A DNA stretch of 64,000 bases from Eubacteriales bacterium (GCA_045120955.1 JBGVFH010000071.1:25293-89292); one strand, 5' to 3'; shown: positions 20,913 to 32,773, counted from the first letter of the stretch. Notes: generated by a model from the sequence alone, not told the origin. Translations and numbers: made by a program.

Positions 20913-23651
20913 GTGAAAAAAGATATCGAACCAAACAGCAAAATTCAAAAAGAAAAGGTAGACTGGGATAAAGAGATACTGAACAGTATGCGTTTGGCGG
21001 GGAAAGGCATTTTCAAGGTGTTTTCCTACTTTTTCAACATAGTGTTTACTATTCTTCTCATATGTATAATCACGGGTATAATCGTGGGTTGTGCCTTTTC
21101 GATATATATCAAAAATTACATTGACCCGACAATAGACGAGTCATTGCTTGCGACGGGCGGTACGAGCCAGACCACGCAGATATATTATTACAACTACGAG
21201 GATATTGAGGCACGCCAGAACAGAACGGGTGATGCCGTTGAGCTCGAGGATCAGCGTCTGTACGGTGAGCAGAACAGCCTGTGGGCGGATTATGCCGACA
21301 TCCCGCAAGATCTCAAGGATGCCTTCGTCGCAATAGAGGACAAGCGGTTTTGGGATCACAGCGGAGTCGACTGGATAAGAACGGGATCCGCTGTGCTTAA
21401 GTTCTTTGTAGGAAACAGCTCATACGGCGGCTCGTCTATTACCCAACAGCTTGTAAAGAACCTGACCTCTTACGATGATGTTACCATTCAGAGAAAGGTG
21501 CAGGAGATAGTATGTGCGCTCAACCTTGAAAAAACGAAGTCAAAGGAAGAGATACTTGAGCTTTATTTAAATATTATTCCGCTCTCACAGCGTTGCTACG
21601 GAGTTCAGTCAGCGGCAAACACGTATTTCGGAAAGGATGTAAGCGAGCTGTCTCTTATCGAGTGTGTGTGTATCGCATCCATTACAAATGCGCCTACAAG
21701 ATATGACCCTGTACAAAACCCCGAGAACAATCAGGAAAGACGTGACAGCATCCTCGAGGAGATGCTCGCTCAGGGGTATATTACTCAAGAGGAGTTTGAC
21801 AGCGCATATGACAAGGAGCTGACACTCAATCTTACCGAGGTATCAACGACGATATCGACAAACTCATGGTATACCGACACGGTTATCGAGGATGTTATAA
21901 GCGACCTTATGGAAACCTATAATTACACAAGACAGGTTGCCAGCCAAAAAATATACTCGGGAGGTCTGCAGATATACACTCTCATGGACCCCGAGGTGCA
22001 GAATGCCCTTGATGAGGTATTTTGCGATGACAGCATATTTGAAAAGGCGCTGAAAAAAGAGGTCAGCGGAGTTCCTGCTGAGTCTGCTATGGTAATTACC
22101 GACCCGTACACGGGAGACTTGCTCGGAATAGTGGGCGGAAGAGGCGTGAAGACAGAGAACAGAATACTCAATCTGGCATCGCAAAGCGTGCGTGCGTCGG
22201 GTTCATCCATTAAGCCTCTTGCGGTCTACGGACCTGCGCTTGAGGAAGGAATAGTAACGTGGGCAACGGTGACGGACGATGTACCGGTCAACTTCGGAGA
22301 CGATGCGCAAAATCCCGTTGCATGGCCTAAAAACCTCCCCGTAAAATACAGCGGACTTACGACCATTGACGATGCTATCACCCGCTCGGTAAATACCGTT
22401 TCGGTAAAGACTCTTATGAAGCTCGGTGAGGAAAAGTCCTTTGAGTATCTTACACAAAAGCTTGGTTTTTACAGCCTTATCGAGAGCAAAACTCTTGAGG
22501 ACGGCAGTACGATCTCTGATATCGGACTTGCTGCGCTTGCTCTCGGTCAGCAAAACTACGGTGTGACCGTCCGTGAGATGGCGAGTGCGTTCTGCGTGTT
22601 CCAAAACGGCGGTATCTACAACAAAACAAGATCCTATCTTTACGTTTATGACTCAAACGGAGAGATCGTGCTCTCAAATGATGCGGAGTCCAATGTTGTG
22701 TTCAGCGAGGAGAACTCGTACATCATGACAAAAATGATGCAAAATGTGTTTGCATCTACCTCCAGCTCCGCCAACAGAGTCACACTCAGGAAAACGGTAA
22801 ACTGCGCAGGCAAGACGGGTACGGCAGGTAACGACTATGACAGATGGCTGCTTGCATACACTCCTTATTATGTAGGCGGCGTATGGTACGGATACAAAAC
22901 ACCTAAGGTACTGACAAATGAGCTTTCCACGAGCCCTTGCTCCTATGTTTGGGACGAGGTCATGACACGCATCCATCAAAAGTATATTGATGCGGCAAAA
23001 GCAGGCACGGAGGAGCTCAGAACATTCGATGATTCAAGACCGTCGGGTGTGATACAGTGCGAATACTGTATCGATTCGGGAAAGCTTCTCACAAGTGCGT
23101 GCAGACTTGACCCGAGAGGCAACAGAAGTGATGTGGGCTGGTTTGCAAAGGGAACAGAACCTACAGAGTACTGCGACTGTCACGTTGTAGTAGCATACGA
23201 TACTGCAAACGGCGGTATAGCACATTCGGGCTCAAATCCCAACAACGTCGTTGATGTAGCGCTTATCAAGGTGACTGACAGAGATTTCCCGATACAGGTG
23301 ACGATAGATGACGCTCAGTATGTTTACCGTCCGCTTTCCTCCGGTGTCAGACCGTCGGAGAGCTACGGTCAACCGTTCTTTATCAATATGGTGGCGAGCG
23401 GTCATTATGTAGGGCGAAGCTCAGCCTCGCACCAATATAACACCTTCAGCTATGTAGGCTTTGACTATGCGGCGTATGAGGCAGGCAGACTGCAGCTTGT
23501 GATAGGGCCGAAGGAACAGGTCTTTGCCGTTCAAAAAGAGGAAGAGACTGCAAATCCGGATGATACGGAAAACACAACACCGCCCGAGGACACATCGGGA
23601 CCTCCCGATGAGGATGTAATTGGTGTAGATGCTCTGACCGCAACAGAATAA
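20913..23651 (+). CDS. class A penicillin-binding protein (bifunctional glycosyltransferase/transpeptidase, PBP1A family) with C-terminal extension
   Basis: GT51 motifs (AFVAIEDKRFWDHSGVD; GGSSITQQLVKN), SxxK (SSIKP), SxN, KTG(T). Confidence 0.9.
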   Translation: MKKDIEPNSKIQKEKVDWDKEILNSMRLAGKGIFKVFSYFFNIVFTILLICIITGIIVGCAFSIYIKNYIDPTIDESLLATGGTSQTTQIYYYNYEDIEARQNRTGDAVELEDQRLYGEQNSLWADYADIPQDLKDAFVAIEDKRFWDHSGVDWIRTGSAVLKFFVGNSSYGGSSITQQLVKNLTSYDDVTIQRKVQEIVCALNLEKTKSKEEILELYLNIIPLSQRCYGVQSAANTYFGKDVSELSLIECVCIASITNAPTRYDPVQNPENNQERRDSILEEMLAQGYITQEEFDSAYDKELTLNLTEVSTTISTNSWYTDTVIEDVISDLMETYNYTRQVASQKIYSGGLQIYTLMDPEVQNALDEVFCDDSIFEKALKKEVSGVPAESAMVITDPYTGDLLGIVGGRGVKTENRILNLASQSVRASGSSIKPLAVYGPALEEGIVTWATVTDDVPVNFGDDAQNPVAWPKNLPVKYSGLTTIDDAITRSVNTVSVKTLMKLGEEKSFEYLTQKLGFYSLIESKTLEDGSTISDIGLAALALGQQNYGVTVREMASAFCVFQNGGIYNKTRSYLYVYDSNGEIVLSNDAESNVVFSEENSYIMTKMMQNVFASTSSSANRVTLRKTVNCAGKTGTAGNDYDRWLLAYTPYYVGGVWYGYKTPKVLTNELSTSPCSYVWDEVMTRIHQKYIDAAKAGTEELRTFDDSRPSGVIQCEYCIDSGKLLTSACRLDPRGNRSDVGWFAKGTEPTEYCDCHVVVAYDTANGGIAHSGSNPNNVVDVALIKVTDRDFPIQVTIDDAQYVYRPLSSGVRPSESYGQPFFINMVASGHYVGRSSASHQYNTFSYVGFDYAAYEAGRLQLVIGPKEQVFAVQKEEETANPDDTENTTPPEDTSGPPDEDVIGVDALTATE

Positions 23652-23659
23652 ACAAAAAG

Positions 23660-23711
23660 CTCGGGGACATCAATTCACGGTGAATTGATGTCCCCGAGTA
23701 TTTTTGCTTTT
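23660..23711. terminator. rho-independent terminator between convergent PBP and HdeD-like genes
   Basis: 19-bp perfect stem ctcggggacatcaattcac/gtgaattgatgtccccgag followed by tatttttgctttt. Confidence 0.8.
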
Positions 23712-23798
23712 GAGTGAGACTGTACATTTCAGCGCCTTAGCGGCAGAGCCGAGAGCGGTTGCCTCGGGCGGTATTTGTACTCAGCTGAGTTTTTGCTA

Positions 23799-24407
23799 TC
23801 AGTCGATCTCGGTAATGTCTTTGCTCTTTGATGTTTCGATGACCTCAGTTTGCTTTGATGTGCCTCTTCTTGTAGCAGCCATCGTCCATACTATCCAAAT
23901 ATCGGTCAGACCGTCGAAAACAAGGCTGATGCCGACAGCTATGGAGAGCCACTCCTTTTCATAGCAGACAAGCGAAAGAACACCTGCGCCTATGGTAATA
24001 AAGCCTATGATAAGAGCTACATACCATAGCTTGTGCGTAGCGCTCTTGAGATATGAGGAATACTTCATATCGGACAGACCGTGATAAAGAAGAATTACGC
24101 TGAGAATAACATATATAAGGCTTGAGCTTATTTCATCGGGACCGTCGAGCATCCAAACACCGATGACAGCCATGATGAGAGACGAGAACATAAGAAGAGT
24201 CTTTCCACCGGCGTATGTGTTGTCCTTAAAGCACATGACCAGCTGCACAAGCGCATTTATAATGAGTATTGCGCCGAAAACCATGCATACTATCATTGAT
24301 GATGTGTCCTTCCATACAAGAAGAGAAATTCCGAGAGCTACGCATACCATGGCGGATATAAGTGTACTGAACTCAAACGACTTTAAAAAGTGTATTATCT
24401 TTTTCAT
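23799..24407 (-). CDS. HdeD-family (DUF308) multi-pass membrane protein
   Basis: About 200 aa, six hydrophobic segments, repeat architecture typical of HdeD/DUF308. Confidence 0.55.
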   Translation of the reverse strand: MKKIIHFLKSFEFSTLISAMVCVALGISLLVWKDTSSMIVCMVFGAILIINALVQLVMCFKDNTYAGGKTLLMFSSLIMAVIGVWMLDGPDEISSSLIYVILSVILLYHGLSDMKYSSYLKSATHKLWYVALIIGFITIGAGVLSLVCYEKEWLSIAVGISLVFDGLTDIWIVWTMAATRRGTSKQTEVIETSKSKDITEID

Positions 24408-24552
24408 TTTTATGCCACCTTTACTGCAAAATATTTTTGGACAAGTCTATTATAACAAATATTATTTAATTTGTCACTCTATATTGAAAAAATTTTTGTT
24501 TTTTGTTATACTTTACCATGGAATATATTTTGTAGGTTTATACGGAGCTTTT

Positions 24553-25107
24553 ATGGTTATCAGAAAAACGTTGCCTGAGGATATTGATGATATCATGACC
24601 CTTATAGGTATCACAAGAGATAATTTCAGAGCTGACGGCATACCGCAATGGCAGGGTGAGTACCCGTCAAGGGAGCTTATAGCGGACGATGTGGCAAGGG
24701 GCGAGTCTTACGTCTGCGACATCGACGGAAGGGTGTGCGGCTTTTGCGCTGTTGTGGGCGGCATTGAGCCCGACTATGTGAAAATATACGAGGGCAGATG
24801 GAGAAATGAGCGGCAGTATATTTCGCTTCACAGAGTTGCGGTGGACCCGAAGTATAAGGGGTGCGGAATTGCAGCGGCAATGGTATCGAATGCTGTGCGG
24901 ATCGCTCAAAAAACGGGCATACTTGATATAAGGTGCGATACTCACAGACAAAACGCAAATATGCGGCGGATGCTTGAGAAAAACGGCTTTGAATATTGCG
25001 GGATAATTTATCTGTGCGAGGACGGAGCCGAGAGAGTGGCGTATCATAAGATAATTTCGCAAAGCTGTGAAGCTTTGCCGATAAAGGAACGGAGTGAATA
25101 TAAATGA
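24553..25107 (+). CDS. GNAT family N-acetyltransferase
   Basis: Acetyl-CoA binding motif (RVAVDPKYKGCGIAAAMV); start moved to the internal ATG because the upstream part of the ORF overlaps the minus-strand membrane gene. Confidence 0.7.
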   Translation: MVIRKTLPEDIDDIMTLIGITRDNFRADGIPQWQGEYPSRELIADDVARGESYVCDIDGRVCGFCAVVGGIEPDYVKIYEGRWRNERQYISLHRVAVDPKYKGCGIAAAMVSNAVRIAQKTGILDIRCDTHRQNANMRRMLEKNGFEYCGIIYLCEDGAERVAYHKIISQSCEALPIKERSEYK

Positions 25108-27017
25108 AAGACGGATATATTAAATGCGCCGGATGCGGAATTGATATTACGGTAGCAAACCCGAGAGAAAATGCAAAAAGAATAATCGAAGCGGTCAACA
25201 GAGCAGAGAGCGAAGGGGTAGATCTTCTTTGTATGCCCGAGCTTTGCCTGACGGGATATAGCTGCGGAGAGCTTTTTCTCAACAGCTCTCTTATCAATGC
25301 GGCAGAAGAGGCGCTGTTTGAGATAGCGGCACAGACAAGCGGATGCAATGTTGTGTTTGCGCTCGGTCTGCCGATAAGGCATTACTCAAAGCTGTATAAC
25401 TGTGCGGCGGTTGTTTGCCGCGGTGAGATACTCGGTCTTGTGCCCAAGACTCATATCCCTATGTACGGCGACCTTTACGAGGGACGCTATTTTGAGAGCG
25501 GAAGCATGATAGGCGAATATGAGTTTCACCGCTTTGCTTGCGGTGTCGAATGCTCTATAGGAAAGGATATGCTTTTCTCTCATGAAAGTCTGCGCAATTA
25601 TATTTTCGGAGTTGAGATATGTGAGGATCTGTGGGTGGCACAGACACCGTCCTTGTCGCTGTGTCAGCGAGGTGCGAAGATAATCCTCAATCTTTCGGCA
25701 TCGTATGAAACAGTAGGTAAGGCGGAGTACAGACATTTGCTCGTTGCATCTGCCTCGGCAAAGCTTCTTTGCGGTTATGTGTATGCAAACGCAATGGCGA
25801 GCGAGTCTACGCAGGATGCAGTCTTTGCGTCGCACAACATGATATATGAGTGCGGGGATCTGCTCGCAGAGAGCAAGCCCTTTGCGCAGGACAGCTTTAC
25901 AACGGCTGAGATAGATGTGGATAAGCTCAGCTACGAAAGAGCAAGGATAAACACATTTAAAGAAATAGGCGGCGCTAACTTTACCGTTTTCTCGCAAGAG
26001 GTAAAGAAACACAGTCTGACCCGTGCGGTTGAGAAAAATCCCTTTGTTCCATCGGACAAAAGCAAGCTTAGCGACAGATGCGAGCTGATATTCTCGATAC
26101 AGGCGCACGGACTTCTCAAACGAATTCAGCACACAAATACAAAAAAACTCGTGCTCGGAATCTCCGGAGGGCTTGACAGTACGCTTGCGCTTTTGGTAGC
26201 GGTAAAGGCGTTTGATCTATGCGGACGTCCGCACAAGGACATCATCACCGTCACGATGCCGTGCTTCGGTACCACATCGAGAACAAAATCAAACGCGCAA
26301 CAGCTATGCGAGTGTTTTGGTACGGATTTTCGCGAGGTGGATATTTCCGAGAGCGTGCGCAAGCATTTTGCAGATATAGGACATGACGAGTGTGAGCATG
26401 ATGCGGCATATGAAAATGCGCAGGCGAGAGAGCGTACACAGGTGCTCATGGATATAGCAAATCAAGAGTACGGTATGGTGATAGGCACGGGAGATCTGTC
26501 AGAGCTTGCGCTTGGCTGGTGTACCTACAACGGAGACCAGATGTCTATGTACGGAGTAAACGGAGGAGTGCCGAAAACTCTCATCAAACATATCGTGAAG
26601 CACGAGGCGCAGCTCGCAGCTCAAGACGGTGAGCAAATTCTCTCCGATACACTCTTTGATATTCTTGACACGCCCGTTTCTCCCGAGCTTTTGCCTCCGG
26701 ATGAGAGCGGAGCTATCGCACAGAAGACCGAAGATATCGTAGGTCCGTATGAACTGCATGATTTCTTTTTGTACTACACGGTCAGATACGGTTTTTCAGC
26801 TTCGAAGATATACCGTTTGGCACTCAAAGCATACGAGGGAGTGTATGACGCAGAAACGGTGAAAAAGTGGCTCGAGACCTTTGTGCGCAGATTTTTCTCA
26901 CAACAGTTCAAGCGTTCGAGTATGCCCGACGGAGTAAAGGTAGGCTCTGTGTCTCTTTCTCCGAGAAGCGATTGGAGAATGCCCACAGACGCAAGCTTCT
27001 CGGCATTTATGCTGTGA
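25104..27017 (+). CDS. nadE: glutamine-dependent NAD+ synthetase (nitrilase domain + NAD synthetase domain)
   Basis: N-terminal CN-hydrolase domain; C-terminal PP-loop (LVLGISGGLDSTLALLV). Confidence 0.9.
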   Translation: MKDGYIKCAGCGIDITVANPRENAKRIIEAVNRAESEGVDLLCMPELCLTGYSCGELFLNSSLINAAEEALFEIAAQTSGCNVVFALGLPIRHYSKLYNCAAVVCRGEILGLVPKTHIPMYGDLYEGRYFESGSMIGEYEFHRFACGVECSIGKDMLFSHESLRNYIFGVEICEDLWVAQTPSLSLCQRGAKIILNLSASYETVGKAEYRHLLVASASAKLLCGYVYANAMASESTQDAVFASHNMIYECGDLLAESKPFAQDSFTTAEIDVDKLSYERARINTFKEIGGANFTVFSQEVKKHSLTRAVEKNPFVPSDKSKLSDRCELIFSIQAHGLLKRIQHTNTKKLVLGISGGLDSTLALLVAVKAFDLCGRPHKDIITVTMPCFGTTSRTKSNAQQLCECFGTDFREVDISESVRKHFADIGHDECEHDAAYENAQARERTQVLMDIANQEYGMVIGTGDLSELALGWCTYNGDQMSMYGVNGGVPKTLIKHIVKHEAQLAAQDGEQILSDTLFDILDTPVSPELLPPDESGAIAQKTEDIVGPYELHDFFLYYTVRYGFSASKIYRLALKAYEGVYDAETVKKWLETFVRRFFSQQFKRSSMPDGVKVGSVSLSPRSDWRMPTDASFSAFML

Positions 27018-27032
27018 TTTCGGTTATAAAAA

Positions 27033-28277
27033 ATGAAAAAGAGATTGACCGTTATTTTGTGTGCCGCCATGTGCGCACTTATGTGCGCCTGCGGCATAAC
27101 TCCTTCTGTAAAATCACCCGGCTCTCAAACTTCCTCGACTGATATCGGTACTGCCGAAAGCGCAGTGCCGTCTGATACGAGGGATGCGTTTGCCGACGGT
27201 GCGCAGAGCACGGATGAGGTGCCGCCCGAGGTGTCTGTTGACACGGTGAGACTCGTTATGGTAGGAGATATTTTGATGCATGACCCCGTTATCGAGAGCG
27301 GCATGACGGAGGATGGCTGCAATTACGATCATCTGTTTGCAAATATATCACAAGAGCTTGCCTATGCGGATATAGCTATGCTTAATCAAGAGGTGATCAT
27401 AGCAGGAGAGCAGTTCGGCATCAGCGGTTATCCCCGTTTTAATTCTCCCCTTGAGCTTGCCGATGCAATAGGCAAGGCAGGATTTGATGTGGTTCTGCAC
27501 GCAACCAACCACACCTTAGATAAGGGAAGGGATGCTATGCTGAAATGCCTTTCTTATTGGAGACAAAACCATCCGGACGTAAAGGTGGCAGGTATGCACG
27601 ACAGTGAGGCGGATGCGGATAATGTTTGCGTAATTGAGAAAAACGGGATAAAGGTCGCCGTGCTAAACTACACCTATGGCGTAAACCCTGCGGGAGATCA
27701 GTATATCAAAAGCGAACCGTATCTTGTGGATATTTTGATAGAGAGTGAAGTAAAGCGCGACATTGAAAGAGCTAAGGAAGCAGCCGATTTTATTGTCGTT
27801 GCACCCCACTGGGGAGAAGAATACACTCATACACCTACAAGCTCACAGAAAAAATGGTGCGAGCTGTTTTTGAAGTGCGGTGTTGACCTTGTTATAGGCA
27901 CTCATCCTCATGTTCTTCAGCCTATTGAGTGGCTCGAGGGAGAGGATGGGCAAAGAACGCTTGTTTATTGGTCGCTCGGCAACTATGTAAACAGTACATC
28001 GGAGCAGGGCAGGGGCATTGGAGCGAGGATGCTCGGTGCTATGGCTGATGTGGTAATAGGCAAGGACGAAAACGGCAAGGTATATATCATGTCGGCAGGT
28101 GCGATAGGTCTTGTCACGCATGTTGATTTTGACAGCCGCGGCATCACAACATATAAATTTGAAGATTATACGCAGGAGATGCTCGCTGAGAACGAGGCAG
28201 TAAATAAAGACCCGTCATTTACTTACCAATACTGCATCGAAACCTTCAGCGAGCTGCTCGGAGATTTCCAAGATTGA
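27033..28277 (+). CDS. CapA/PgsA-family metallophosphatase lipoprotein (poly-gamma-glutamate-capsule-synthesis-like)
   Basis: Lipoprotein-like signal (…ALMCACG), calcineurin-like metallophosphoesterase motifs (GDILMHD; NHTLD; PHWGEEY). Confidence 0.7.
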   Translation: MKKRLTVILCAAMCALMCACGITPSVKSPGSQTSSTDIGTAESAVPSDTRDAFADGAQSTDEVPPEVSVDTVRLVMVGDILMHDPVIESGMTEDGCNYDHLFANISQELAYADIAMLNQEVIIAGEQFGISGYPRFNSPLELADAIGKAGFDVVLHATNHTLDKGRDAMLKCLSYWRQNHPDVKVAGMHDSEADADNVCVIEKNGIKVAVLNYTYGVNPAGDQYIKSEPYLVDILIESEVKRDIERAKEAADFIVVAPHWGEEYTHTPTSSQKKWCELFLKCGVDLVIGTHPHVLQPIEWLEGEDGQRTLVYWSLGNYVNSTSEQGRGIGARMLGAMADVVIGKDENGKVYIMSAGAIGLVTHVDFDSRGITTYKFEDYTQEMLAENEAVNKDPSFTYQYCIETFSELLGDFQD

Positions 28278-28293
28278 TAAAACACATTTTAAA

Positions 28294-29307
28294 ATGAGGT
28301 ATGCAATGAAAAAAGTAATTATTGATGTATTCGGCGCAGACACCCCCGATTCACTCATAAAGGGAGCGGCAAGAGCTACGCTTGAAAACGAAGACGTAAA
28401 AATACTTCTCCCCGGAGTGCCGCAGGTCATAGAGGATGTGCTTTGCGAATGTGAATATGATCCTCGGCGCATAGAGATACTGCCCGCAGAGCAGGTAATA
28501 ACAAACGATGACGATCCCGTAAATGCAGTATTTCAAAAGCGTCGTTCGTCTGTCGTTACAGCGGCAAAGTATTTTGCGGAAAATGACGATTGCATCGGGT
28601 TTGCATCTGCGGGAAACACGGGAGCGCTGTTGGCTGCTTCAACCGCCTACGTCGGCAGACTTGACGGTATAGAGCGTCCGTCGCTGTGCACGTTTTTGCC
28701 CTCAAGCAAGGATAGATTTGTGTGTATGCTTGACTGCGGTGCAAATGTGGATTGCAAGCCGCAGCAGATGATACAGTTTGCGCTCATGGGCTCGGCACTT
28801 GTCGAGTGCTGTGTCGGGGTAAAAGACCCGACGGTCGCAATAGTATCAAACGGTACCGAGTCACGCAAGGGCAATTCGTTTACCCGTGAGGTGTATTCGC
28901 TGCTTGAAAAAATGCCGATAAATTTTGTCGGTAACATGGAGGCGAGAGATGCGCTATCGGGTAAATACGATGTAATGGTGTGTGACGGCTTTGTTGGGAA
29001 TGTACTGCTGAAAAGCATCGAAGGCGCAGGTATGTTTACAGCTTCGGTCATGTTAAAGCATCTGAAGGCAAATATGCCCGAGAACACGGACCCCGCATTT
29101 TTGAAAAAAGCCCTCGGTGCGGCGATGGCAGAGATGGATTTTTCGAGCCGAGGCGGCGCCGTACTTATGGGACTGAAGAAAACCGTCATGAAAATACACG
29201 GAAACTCAAACGAGCGTACCGTACCCAATGTAGTAAAGCAGCTGCTCGATATTTCTGCGGGCGGATTTATAGACAGAACGAAGGAGCTTCTCCGAGCTGC
29301 GAAATAA
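28294..29307 (+). CDS. plsX: phosphate acyltransferase PlsX
   Basis: 337 aa; GNTGALLAAS and FVGNMEARD motifs. Confidence 0.85.
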   Translation: MRYAMKKVIIDVFGADTPDSLIKGAARATLENEDVKILLPGVPQVIEDVLCECEYDPRRIEILPAEQVITNDDDPVNAVFQKRRSSVVTAAKYFAENDDCIGFASAGNTGALLAASTAYVGRLDGIERPSLCTFLPSSKDRFVCMLDCGANVDCKPQQMIQFALMGSALVECCVGVKDPTVAIVSNGTESRKGNSFTREVYSLLEKMPINFVGNMEARDALSGKYDVMVCDGFVGNVLLKSIEGAGMFTASVMLKHLKANMPENTDPAFLKKALGAAMAEMDFSSRGGAVLMGLKKTVMKIHGNSNERTVPNVVKQLLDISAGGFIDRTKELLRAAK

Positions 29308-29446
29308 ACATAATTTGCATAGCAAAAAGCCAAAACCGCCGTGAGCGCCGTTTGAGCATTCGGGCGGTTTTGGCTCTGTACGTGAGAAAAATGAAAAATA
29401 TTTAAAATATTTTGAAATTATAAGCCAAAAAAGACAAAAATACTAT

Positions 29447-29476
29447 TGACAAAAACGCTCACAACGTGATACAATA
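29447..29476 (+). promoter_or_regulatory. sigma-70-type promoter of the str operon
   Basis: TTGACA, 18 nt spacer, TACAAT; about 110 nt upstream of rpsL. Confidence 0.55.
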
Positions 29477-29584
29477 TGATGTCTAATTATGATGCACGAC
29501 TGCGGCAAAGCGGTTTGTGCATGTGTAGTTGGAAAATAAAAGAAGACTGCATTTGCAGCAAATTTAAGAAGAAGGAGGAAAAAC

Positions 29585-29998
29585 ATGCCAACCTTTAATC
29601 AGCTCGTAAAATACGGACGCTCAAAGTCGGTTTACAAGTCAAAGTCACCTGCTCTTCAGCACGGCTTCAACTCTTTGACAGGTACACCTACCGACAAGTC
29701 TTCTCCTCAAAAGAGAGGCGTATGCACAAAGGTTACAACTACCAGCCCGAAAAAGCCTAACTCAGCTCTTCGTAAGATCGCCAGAGTAAGACTTACAAAC
29801 GGAATGGAGGCTACTACCTACATTCCCGGTATCGGACACAATCTTCAGGAGCACTCTGTAGTTCTTATCAGAGGCGGAAGAGTACGTGACCTTCCCGGAT
29901 GCCGTTACCACATCATTCGCGGAACACTTGATGCTCAAGGCGTTGCAAACCGCAACCAGAGCCGTTCCAAGTATGGTGCTAAGCGTCCGAAGAAATAA
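29585..29998 (+). CDS. rpsL: 30S ribosomal protein S12
   Basis: [12 protein letters not shown]... highly conserved S12 sequence. Confidence 0.95.
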   Translation: MPTFNQLVKYGRSKSVYKSKSPALQHGFNSLTGTPTDKSSPQKRGVCTKVTTTSPKKPNSALRKIARVRLTNGMEATTYIPGIGHNLQEHSVVLIRGGRVRDLPGCRYHIIRGTLDAQGVANRNQSRSKYGAKRPKK

Positions 29999-30162
29999 TG
30001 GCACGGCCGTTATTTTAAAATAGACTGCCGTGCGATTACTCGCGCATGGTCGTTTGTGCCGTCTTTTAGAGTTTAAAGTATCAATCATGTTTTTCTTTGA
30101 TATAAAAACCGAGATGAGCACTTGCGGAAGAAGTCTTTCGAGTACCTATGAACTCATTAAAT

Positions 30163-30651
30163 ATGAAGGAGGGAAGTAAACGGCCAAGAAGAGGTCAAAT
30201 TTCCAAAAGAGATGTTTTGCCGGATCCGCTTTATAATTCAAAGCTCGTAACAAAGCTTATCAATAACATAATGCTCGACGGCAAGAAGGGTGTTGCTCAG
30301 AAGATCGTTTACGATGCATTCGAGATCATCAATGCAAAGGAAGGCGAGAATGCTCTTGACGTGTTCGCCGCTGCTCTTGAAAACATCATGCCCGTTCTTG
30401 AGGTTAAGGCTCGCCGTGTAGGCGGTTCTACCTACCAGGTTCCTATGGAAGTTCGTGCAGAGAGACGTCAGACACTTGGTCTGCGTTGGCTCACCGCTTA
30501 TTCAAGAAACCGTTCGGAGAGAACTATGGCTGAGAGACTTGCCGCTGAGATCTTAGATGCTAAGAACAGCGCAGGCGGAGCTTTCAAGAAGAAGGAAGAA
30601 ACGCACAGAATGGCTGAGGCTAACAAGGCTTTCGCTCATTACAGATATTAA
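30163..30651 (+). CDS. rpsG: 30S ribosomal protein S7 (start uncertain; 30148 also possible)
   Basis: [23 protein letters not shown]... KAFAHYRY conserved S7 sequence. Confidence 0.9.
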   Translation: MKEGSKRPRRGQISKRDVLPDPLYNSKLVTKLINNIMLDGKKGVAQKIVYDAFEIINAKEGENALDVFAAALENIMPVLEVKARRVGGSTYQVPMEVRAERRQTLGLRWLTAYSRNRSERTMAERLAAEILDAKNSAGGAFKKKEETHRMAEANKAFAHYRY

Positions 30652-30694
30652 GTCTTATATTGCTTAGATTAAGACCTGTTAAGGAGAAGAACTA

Positions 30695-32773
30695 ATGCCA
30701 AGAGAATATTCACTGGAGCATACCAGAAATATAGGCATCATGGCTCACATCGATGCCGGAAAAACAACAACAACCGAAAGAATTCTGTTCTACACAGGTA
30801 AGACGCACCGCATGGGAGAAACTCATGACGGCGGCGCTACGATGGACTGGATGGAGCAGGAACAGGAGAGAGGTATTACAATTACCTCTGCTGCTACCAC
30901 TTGCTATTGGAAGGGTAACAGAATCAATATCATTGATACCCCCGGTCACGTTGACTTTACCGTTGAGGTTGAGCGTTCGCTCAGAGTTCTCGACGGTTCC
31001 GTAACAGTTCTTTGCGCAAAGGGAGGCGTTGAGCCTCAGTCAGAGACTGTTTGGAGACAGGCTGACAAGTATCAGGTACCCCGTATGGCTTATGTAAATA
31101 AGATGGACATTACGGGTGCAAACTTCTACCGCGTTGTAGATATGATGCATGAGCGTCTTCATGCAAACGCAGTACCGATCCAGCTTCCTATCGGAGCTGA
31201 GGGCAGCTTCCGCGGAATTATCGACCTTATCAATATGGAGGCAGACGTATATTACGATGACCTCGGTAAGGATATGAGAGTCGAGCCTATTCCGGAGGAT
31301 ATGATTGAAAAGGCTAATGAGTACCGTACAGCTATGATAGAGAGCGTTGCGGAGACTGATGAAGCCCTGTTTGAAAAGTACTGCGAGGGCGAGGAGCTTA
31401 GTGTTGAGGAGATAAAATCCGCACTCAGAAAAGCTACTCTCGCAAACAAGATAGTTCCCGTTGTTTGCGGAACTTCTTACAAGAATAAGGGTGTGCAGAA
31501 GCTTCTCGATGCCATCATCGACTATATGCCTGCCCCCACAGACGTTCCCGCTATCAAGGGCGTCAACCCCGATACAGGTGATGAGGACGAGAGAATTGCA
31601 AGCGACGATGCTCCTTTCTCAGCACTTGCATTCAAGATCATGACAGACCCCTATGTAGGTAAGTTGTGCTTCTTCAGAGTTTACTCAGGAACGGTTTCTG
31701 CCGGAACTGCTGTATACAACTCTACAAAGGACAGCACCGAGCGTATGGGACGTATACTTCAGATGCACGCAAATGAGCGTAAAGACCTTGATATCTGTTA
31801 CGCAGGTGACATCGCCGCTGTTATCGGTGTAAAGAACACCACAACAGGTGATACCTTCTGCGATGAGAAGAATCCTATCATCCTTGAATCTATGGAGTTC
31901 CCGGAACCTGTTATCAGAGTTGCTATCGAGCCCAAGACCAAGGCAGGTCAGGAAAAGATGGGTCTTGCTCTTGCAAAGCTTGCTGAAGAAGACCCGACCT
32001 TCCGTACCTACACCGATGAAGAAACAGGACAAACCATTATCGCCGGAATGGGCGAGCTTCACCTTGAAATTATCGTTGACAGACTTCTTCGTGAGTTTAA
32101 GGTTGAGGCTAATATCGGTAATCCTCAGGTTGCATACAAGGAAACCATCAAGAAGAAGGTTGACCATGAATGCAAGTACAAACGTCAGTCCGGTGGTTCA
32201 GGTCAATACGGTCACGTTAAGATCATTCTCGAGCCTAACGAAACAGGCAAGGGTTATGAATTTGTCAACGCAGTTACCGGCGGTGCGATTCCGAAGGAAT
32301 TTATTCCTGCCGTTGATGCAGGTATTAAGGGCGCTATGCAGTCCGGTGTACTTGCAGGCTACAATGTAGTTGACGTTAAGGTTACACTTTACGATGGTTC
32401 TTACCATGAGGTAGACTCATCCGAAATGGCGTTCAAGATCGCAGGTTCTATGGCATTCAAGGAAGCTATGAGACTCGCAAACCCGGTTCTCACAGAGCCT
32501 ATCATGAAGGTCGTAGTTACAATTCCGGACGAGTACATGGGAGATGTTATCGGCGACATCAACTCTCGCCGCGGACAGATCCTCGGTATGGACCCCGTTT
32601 CCGGCGGTCAGCAGGTTTCGTCTCTTGTACCTCTTGCTGAAATGTTCGGTTACGCAACAGCTCTCCGTTCAAAGACACAGGGACGCGGCGTTTACGCAAT
32701 GGAGCCTGCAGGCTTTATGGAAGTTCCGAAGTCTATTCAGGAAAGCATCGTAAATCAGAGAGCAAAGAAGTAA
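30695..32773 (+). CDS. fusA: elongation factor G
   Basis: 692 aa; G1-G5 GTPase motifs ([15 protein letters not shown]) and EF-G domains II–V. Confidence 0.95.
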   Translation: MPREYSLEHTRNIGIMAHIDAGKTTTTERILFYTGKTHRMGETHDGGATMDWMEQEQERGITITSAATTCYWKGNRINIIDTPGHVDFTVEVERSLRVLDGSVTVLCAKGGVEPQSETVWRQADKYQVPRMAYVNKMDITGANFYRVVDMMHERLHANAVPIQLPIGAEGSFRGIIDLINMEADVYYDDLGKDMRVEPIPEDMIEKANEYRTAMIESVAETDEALFEKYCEGEELSVEEIKSALRKATLANKIVPVVCGTSYKNKGVQKLLDAIIDYMPAPTDVPAIKGVNPDTGDEDERIASDDAPFSALAFKIMTDPYVGKLCFFRVYSGTVSAGTAVYNSTKDSTERMGRILQMHANERKDLDICYAGDIAAVIGVKNTTTGDTFCDEKNPIILESMEFPEPVIRVAIEPKTKAGQEKMGLALAKLAEEDPTFRTYTDEETGQTIIAGMGELHLEIIVDRLLREFKVEANIGNPQVAYKETIKKKVDHECKYKRQSGGSGQYGHVKIILEPNETGKGYEFVNAVTGGAIPKEFIPAVDAGIKGAMQSGVLAGYNVVDVKVTLYDGSYHEVDSSEMAFKIAGSMAFKEAMRLANPVLTEPIMKVVVTIPDEYMGDVIGDINSRRGQILGMDPVSGGQQVSSLVPLAEMFGYATALRSKTQGRGVYAMEPAGFMEVPKSIQESIVNQRAKK

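Noticed and set aside
24163-24552. N-terminal 130 aa of the 314-aa plus-strand ORF
   Set aside because: It overlaps the minus-strand HdeD-like membrane gene. The GNAT homology begins only at the internal Met (24553), so the upstream extension is spurious.
29330-29380. 12-bp stem gccaaaaccgcc/ggcggttttggc after plsX, considered as a terminator
   Set aside because: No downstream U-tract on either strand, so it was not listed as a feature. It may be an RNA-stability element.
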